Part shown: positions 59,674-64,000 of the stretch, piece by piece | Numbering within the stretch: the stretch's first letter is position 1 | Layout: each line of letters begins with the position of its first letter | NCBI GenBank assembly: GCA_020632875.1 | Contig: JACKET010000025.1 | Location: 312-64,311 of the forward strand | Direction: 5' to 3' | Length of the DNA: 64,000 bases | Source: Alphaproteobacteria bacterium | GTDB taxonomy: Bacteria > Myxococcota_A > UBA796 > GCA-2862545 | Made by a program: the position numbers and the translations under genes | The notes under the pieces: model-generated | What the model saw: only the letters and a program-made list of their open reading frames with translations | Told to the model about the DNA's origin: nothing | The model's database searches: none

Positions 59674-60585
59674 GTGCGCTCCAACCGACTGTCCACGCTC
59701 GCGTTCGCCCTGGTCGCCACGACCTGGGGCCTGCTGGTGTTCGGCGCGTCCGTACGGGTGCACGGTGCCGGGCTCGCCTGCCCCGACTGGCCGCTGTGCT
59801 TCGGGCAGGTCGTCCCCGCGATCGACTTCGGCGTCGCGTTCGAGTTCGGCCACCGCGTCGTGGCCGGCGTCGTCAGCCTGTGGTTCCTCGCGCTCGGCGG
59901 CCTGATGTGGCGCCGCGGCGTCAGCGGCTCGCTCCAGGCGATGTGGGGCTTCGGTCTCTTCGTGCTGGGCGTGCAGATCGTGCTCGGCGGGCTCACCGTG
60001 CTCGAGCTCCTCGCCGAGTGGACCGTCACGAGCCACCTGCTGGCCGGCAACACCTTCTGCCTGTCCGTGCTCCTCGTCGCGCTCGGCCTTCGCGCCGAAG
60101 AAGACGGCTGGCCCGCCCTCGAGCCCGTGTCGCTCGTGCAGCGCGTCGCGGCCGCTGGCATGGCGATGCTCCTGCCCGTGCAGCTCGCGCTCGGCGGCCT
60201 CGTCAGCAGCAGCTACGCGGGGCTCGTCTGCCCGAGCTGGCCGTCGTGCGCAGGGGGCGTCTGGTTCCCCACGTTCGAGGGGCTCGTCGGGCTGCAGCTC
60301 TCGCACCGCCTCGTGGGCTACGCGCTCGCCGGCGTGGCACTCGCCGCGTTCACCACCTCGGTGGGTCACCGCCGGCTCCGCGCTCCGACCGCCCTGATCC
60401 TCGCCCTCGTGCTGGTGCAGATCGGGCTCGGCGTCGCGAACGTGCTCACCCGCCTGCCGGTCGAGGTCACCCTCGCGCACACGGGCGTGGCGGCGTGGCT
60501 CGTGCTCGCCACCACGTGGCTGAACTGGCGCGCCTTCCGCGCTCCCCTTTCCCACCCGGCCCTGCAGCCGGCGGAGGCCCGATGA
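59674..60585 (+). CDS. ctaA: Heme A synthase (COX15/CtaA)
   Basis: A GGAGGGAGG RBS precedes the GTG start. ACPDWPLCFG and VCPSWPSC are the paired Cys motifs. Conserved His residues lie in TM helices (FGHRVVAG, LSHRLVGY). Confidence 0.85.
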   Translation: MRSNRLSTLAFALVATTWGLLVFGASVRVHGAGLACPDWPLCFGQVVPAIDFGVAFEFGHRVVAGVVSLWFLALGGLMWRRGVSGSLQAMWGFGLFVLGVQIVLGGLTVLELLAEWTVTSHLLAGNTFCLSVLLVALGLRAEEDGWPALEPVSLVQRVAAAGMAMLLPVQLALGGLVSSSYAGLVCPSWPSCAGGVWFPTFEGLVGLQLSHRLVGYALAGVALAAFTTSVGHRRLRAPTALILALVLVQIGLGVANVLTRLPVEVTLAHTGVAAWLVLATTWLNWRAFRAPLSHPALQPAEAR

Positions 60586-61505
60586 GCCAGACCAGCGCAC
60601 CGGTCGCCGAGCGCCTCGAAGCGACCGCCTCCTGGCGCGATTCCGTTCGGCTCTACGTCGACATCACGCGGCCGCGTGTCATGGCCCTGGTCGTGTTCAC
60701 CGCGCTCCCCGCCCTGCTGCTCGGCAAGACCGCCTGGCCGTCGCTCTCCGAGGCCTTCTGGGTGCTGCTCGGCACGGCCTTCGCGGGGGGTGCGTCCAGC
60801 GCCTTCAACGCGCTCGTCGAGCGCGACGCCGACGCGCGGATGGCCCGCACCCGCCGGCGTCCCCTGCCCGCTGCCAGCGTCGCGCCCCGCGCCGTGTTCG
60901 CGTACGGCGTGCTGCTGACGCTCGGCTCGAGCGTCATCCTGTACGCCGTGGGCGGCGTGTGGCCGATGCTCATCGCGCTCGCGACCATCGTGTTCTACGT
61001 GGCGGTCTACACGCTCTACCTGAAGCCCCGCACGCCGCAGAACATCGTGATCGGCGGGGCGGCCGGCAGTACGGCCCCGCTCATCGCCAGCGCCGCGATG
61101 GATGGCTCGGTGAGCCTCGGCGCGTGGATCCTGTTCCTCATCATCTTCCTGTGGACCCCGCCCCACGTCTGGGCCATCGCCATCTTCCGCAAGCGCGAGT
61201 ACGAGGCGGCCGGCTTCCCGATGATGCCGTCGGTCGTCGGCGACCAGCCCACGCGGTGGCGCAGCCTCGGCTACACCCTGCTGCTGGTGCCCGTCACCCT
61301 CGCACCGTGGGCGCTCGGCTACCTCAGCGCGCTCTACGGCGTCGCGGCCGTGGGCCTCGCGGTCTACTTCACGGCCGTGGTCGTGCGGTCGATGCAGCTG
61401 CAGAGCCCGAAGTACGACTACAAGGTGTTCAAGCACTCCATCGTGTACCTGTCGCTGCTGTTCCTCGTGATGTTCGTGGACGTGGCGCTGCTCGGGGTGA
61501 GCTGA
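60582..61505 (+). CDS. ctaB: Protoheme IX farnesyltransferase (heme O synthase)
   Basis: The sequence contains a UbiA-family acidic motif (NALVERDADARMARTRRRPL) and WTPPHVWAIAIFRKREY. The ATG overlaps the ctaA stop (ATGA). Confidence 0.9.
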   Translation: MSQTSAPVAERLEATASWRDSVRLYVDITRPRVMALVVFTALPALLLGKTAWPSLSEAFWVLLGTAFAGGASSAFNALVERDADARMARTRRRPLPAASVAPRAVFAYGVLLTLGSSVILYAVGGVWPMLIALATIVFYVAVYTLYLKPRTPQNIVIGGAAGSTAPLIASAAMDGSVSLGAWILFLIIFLWTPPHVWAIAIFRKREYEAAGFPMMPSVVGDQPTRWRSLGYTLLLVPVTLAPWALGYLSALYGVAAVGLAVYFTAVVVRSMQLQSPKYDYKVFKHSIVYLSLLFLVMFVDVALLGVS

Positions 61506-61512
61506 CCTCGCC

Positions 61513-62283
61513 GTGGGGTTCCGGCCTTCCGCGATCTCGACCGTGACGGTGCTGGTGGGCATGGGCCTCACCATCCGGCTCGGCTTCTGGCAGCTCTCCC
61601 GGTACGAGTCGAAAGAGACGATGCTCCAGGAGCGCCGCGACCAGCACGCGCTCGCACCGCTCGACTCCCTCGACGGGGCCCCGAGCGACGGGTTCCGCCG
61701 GGTACGGCTGTCCGGCCACTACCGTCCCGAAGCCGCCGTGGTCTCGGGTGGCATCCCGTTCGGCCGCAACGGGTACGCGGTCATCGCGGTGCTCGACCTC
61801 GACACGGGGGGTAGCGTCCTCGTCCAGCGGGGCTGGATCCCCGCCGACGACTGGGCGCCCTACCGCACACAAGACACCGCTCCACGCGCGGTCGAGGGCA
61901 TCCTCCACACCATCGAGGGCCCGCCCGACGTGCAGCCCGTGCAGGACGTGCGCACGGGGCTCCCGCTGTGGCCCCTCGAGCGCGAGGCCTTCCTCGGCGT
62001 GCTGAGCCGCGGCGTCCGCATCCCGTGGTCGAGCCTCGTCCGCGACATCCCCGGCGTGAATCCGGCGGTAGCGGTCATCGAGGGCCCCGAGCTCCCCGAC
62101 GCCGAGGCGCGCAAGACCAACCGCCTGCCCGCGCCGGGCTACGTCATCGAGCAGAAGACGTTCCACCACCTCGAGTACGCCGTGCAGTGGTTCAGCTTCG
62201 CCGGGATCATGGCGGTCATCTGGGGCATCGTCGGCTGGCGCCGCGCGAGGCTTCCGCAGGCGACCGCTTCGTCTCAGACCTGA
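61513..62283 (+). CDS. SURF1-family cytochrome oxidase assembly protein
   Basis: The sequence contains LGFWQLSRYESKE, VLVQRGWIP and HHLEYAVQWFSFAG. Confidence 0.8.
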   Translation: MGFRPSAISTVTVLVGMGLTIRLGFWQLSRYESKETMLQERRDQHALAPLDSLDGAPSDGFRRVRLSGHYRPEAAVVSGGIPFGRNGYAVIAVLDLDTGGSVLVQRGWIPADDWAPYRTQDTAPRAVEGILHTIEGPPDVQPVQDVRTGLPLWPLEREAFLGVLSRGVRIPWSSLVRDIPGVNPAVAVIEGPELPDAEARKTNRLPAPGYVIEQKTFHHLEYAVQWFSFAGIMAVIWGIVGWRRARLPQATASSQT

Positions 62284-62513
62284 GGCTCGCCCTCGGGCAC
62301 GCGGTCGCTCACGGGCACCGGAACCGACACCGGCAGCTCTTCGGGCATCGTGCGCACCTTGTACACGACGAAGCCCACGATGGCGCCGAGCATGATGAGC
62401 GGCGACAGCGACATGAAGACCATCGTGTCGACGAACGCCTGCTGGTTGGGACCCGCGCCGCCGCACACCGGGCAGGCCCACACGGGCGCGCTCCACAGCA
62501 GCAGCACGGCCAT
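62274..62513 (-). CDS. Small membrane protein with N-terminal CPVC motif
   Basis: MAVLLLWSAPVWACPVCGG is followed by one TM helix (LSPLIMLGAIVGFVVY). The 79-aa protein lies directly downstream of the cox genes. Confidence 0.5.
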   Translation of the reverse strand: MAVLLLWSAPVWACPVCGGAGPNQQAFVDTMVFMSLSPLIMLGAIVGFVVYKVRTMPEELPVSVPVPVSDRVPEGEPQV

Positions 62514-62527
62514 CGCGACGCCGCGCC

Positions 62528-63121
62528 TCACAGGTACACCTGCCAGTACAGCATCGGCCAGATGAGGACGACGAAGTACCAGAGCATCCGGCCCGCCTGG
62601 AACGACTCTTCGGTGAGCCAGCCCTTCTGGAGCCGGAACAGCAGCACGAACAGCCAGCCGATGGCGCCGACCGCGTGGAGCGCGTGCGTGCCGACGATCA
62701 TGTAGAAGAAGCTGCCGTAGCTGCTCGACGAGAGCGTGAGGCCCTCGCGGATGAGGCCCTGCCACTCGTAGCCCTGCAGCAGCACGAACAGCGCGCCGAG
62801 GGCCACCGACAGCACGAACGGCCGACGTGCCGCATCGGCGGACTCGCGGAACCGACGGCCCGCGTAGAACAGGATAGCGCCCGAGGCCAGCAGGAACAGC
62901 GTGTTCACCGCGGTGGACGCGACGGGCAGGCGGGGCTGACCGGGAGGCGGCCAGCCGCCCATGGCGTTGGCCTCGACGATGACGTGGCCGCTGACGAACC
63001 CGAAGAAGAGCATGGCCTCGGCGACGATGAAGAACGCCATTCCGAGGACCGCGTCCGGGAGGACCGGCTGGCGACGCCGATGCCGGTATCCCGGGGCTGC
63101 AGAGGTCAGGTCCTGTGCCAT
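62528..63121 (-). CDS. Cytochrome c oxidase subunit III-like protein (short form)
   Basis: The start is reset to MAQDLTSAAPG. FFIVAEAMLFFGF, SYGSFFYMIVGTHALHAVGA and a YWQ ending are present. Confidence 0.75.
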   Translation of the reverse strand: MAQDLTSAAPGYRHRRRQPVLPDAVLGMAFFIVAEAMLFFGFVSGHVIVEANAMGGWPPPGQPRLPVASTAVNTLFLLASGAILFYAGRRFRESADAARRPFVLSVALGALFVLLQGYEWQGLIREGLTLSSSSYGSFFYMIVGTHALHAVGAIGWLFVLLFRLQKGWLTEESFQAGRMLWYFVVLIWPMLYWQVYL

Positions 63122-63122
63122 G

Positions 63123-63596
63123 TCAGTGGCCCCCTTCGTGCGCTCCGCCGTGGTTCTCGGTGCCGTGCTCTTCGGGCGTTCCGTGCTCTCCGCCATGCTC
63201 TCCACCGTGGTCGCCGTGGTGTGCAGCCGGGTCGCCGTACGCCTCGCCGCGCTCGATCTCGGCGATGGCGGCGATGTTGGTCCAGTTGGTGCCGGTGTGG
63301 TTCTTCACGTCGGGCGCGACGGCGAAGAAGAACAGGCACATGAACGCGAGCGAGACCGACAGGATGTACCAGATGAACTTCGGCTCGTGGTCGAGGTGCA
63401 TGAAGTACTTCACGACCAGGCTCGCCTTGACGAGCGCGATGCCGAACGCCGTGATGAGCGTGAGGATCGGGATCTCGAGCATCGGGCCGAGGATGCTGAC
63501 GATCAGCAGCGTGAGGAGGATGCCCCAGATCCGCACGTACTGCTTGGCGTGGGAGTGGTACTCGTGGGATTCGTGATGAGCGGTGTTCTCGGACAT
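63123..63596 (-). CDS. Prokaryotic cytochrome oxidase subunit IV-family protein with His/Gly/Glu-rich C-terminal tail
   Basis: The sequence begins MSENTAHHESHEYHSHAKQYVRIWGILL, and LVKASLVVKYFMHL marks the COX4_pro-like core. The tail reads DPAAHHGDHGGEHGGEHGTPEEHGTENHGGAHEGGH. Confidence 0.7.
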   Translation of the reverse strand: MSENTAHHESHEYHSHAKQYVRIWGILLTLLIVSILGPMLEIPILTLITAFGIALVKASLVVKYFMHLDHEPKFIWYILSVSLAFMCLFFFAVAPDVKNHTGTNWTNIAAIAEIERGEAYGDPAAHHGDHGGEHGGEHGTPEEHGTENHGGAHEGGH

Positions 63597-63601
63597 CGTG
63601 C

Positions 63602-64000
63602 CTACTTCGCGATGTAGAGGAGCGGGAAGAGGAAGATCCAGACGATGTCGACGAAGTGCCAGTACAGGCCGATGAACTCGACCCGATGCAGCTCCTTCCC
63701 CTGCCATGCGTCCTTGGCGATGAAGAGCATCACGATGCAGCCGCCGATGACGTGCGACGCGTGGACTCCAGCGGCCGTGTAGTAGAACGACCAGAACACG
63801 CTCGAGGTGATCGTGTAGCCGTGGGCGATCTCGTTGCTCCACTCGACGGCCTTGATGCAGAGGAACACGCCCCCTCCGGCGACCGTCGCGAGCAGCCACT
63901 GCGCCGCCTTCTTGCCGTCCTTCATCTCGGCCGCGTCATGCGCGAGCACCGCGAAGAGGCTGGAGGTGAGCAGCACGAAGGTGTTGATGCCGCCCGCGAG
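63602..64000 (-). CDS. Cytochrome c oxidase subunit III (C-terminal part; N-terminus beyond the window end)
   Basis: The sequence contains SSVFWSFYYTAAGVHASHVIGG and FIGLYWHFVDIVWIFLFPLLY. Confidence 0.85.
   Translation of the reverse strand, partial: LAGGINTFVLLTSSLFAVLAHDAAEMKDGKKAAQWLLATVAGGGVFLCIKAVEWSNEIAHGYTITSSVFWSFYYTAAGVHASHVIGGCIVMLFIAKDAWQGKELHRVEFIGLYWHFVDIVWIFLFPLLYIAK

Noticed and set aside
1-64000. Mobile elements, prophage, integrons or a classical defence island (restriction-modification, toxin-antitoxin, Cas, retron RT).
   Set aside because: I recognised no transposase, integrase, reverse transcriptase, nuclease/helicase defence signatures or tRNA integration sites in any frame. 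Codon bias is uniform apart from the 45.5-46.06 kb gap and the arg control region.

Overview
This is a 64 kb chromosomal segment with very high GC (about 70% by eye). Strong G/C third-position bias separates real genes from the many Arg/Ala/Pro-rich shadow ORFs in the six-frame track. I call about 65 protein-coding genes. I recognise no rRNA, tRNA, CRISPR array, transposase, integrase or phage gene.

All functional calls come from reading motifs in the supplied translations. No database search was run. Most start codons were re-set from the longest-ORF track to internal ATG/GTG/TTG starts that give sensible N-termini and the 1-4 nt start/stop overlaps common here.

Several features suggest a Myxococcota-like origin (inference): Cys-containing C-terminal sorting tails of the MYXO-CTERM type, many lipoproteins with acidic Asp-Thr linkers, FG-GAP/ASPIC proteins, and a Ser/Thr kinase.

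Recognisable housekeeping blocks:
- An arginine operon (P-loop gene, argC, argD, argF-like, argB), divergent from argR, with AT-rich palindromic operators between them.
- ppsA.
- A Na+-pumping decarboxylase operon (oadG, oadA, oadB).
- A heme A / cytochrome oxidase assembly cluster (ctaA, ctaB, SURF1, CoxIII/CoxIV-like genes).

The most unusual content:
1. 34.3-41.5 kb: a same-strand run of a small membrane protein, a B12-type radical SAM protein with a CX4CX2C cluster motif, and a kinase-fold protein. These are followed by a 995-aa Cys-free Gly/Asn/Asp/Ser-rich repeat protein with no signal peptide and a small YbjN/type-III-chaperone-like protein. Glycosyltransferase and acyltransferase genes flank the run.
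2. 45.45-46.06 kb: about 600 bp that look non-coding. They hold two tandem 37-bp palindromic repeats and a terminator-like hairpin. An acyltransferase ORF runs into this region without a stop codon.
3. 5.6-11.0 kb: a tightly coupled four-gene lipoprotein operon (beta-propeller, tandem-fused di-heme DUF1111 protein, five-heme cytochrome c, metzincin).
4. Long in-frame (Asp-Thr/Ser/Ala)n hexanucleotide repeat tracts in two neighbouring surface proteins.
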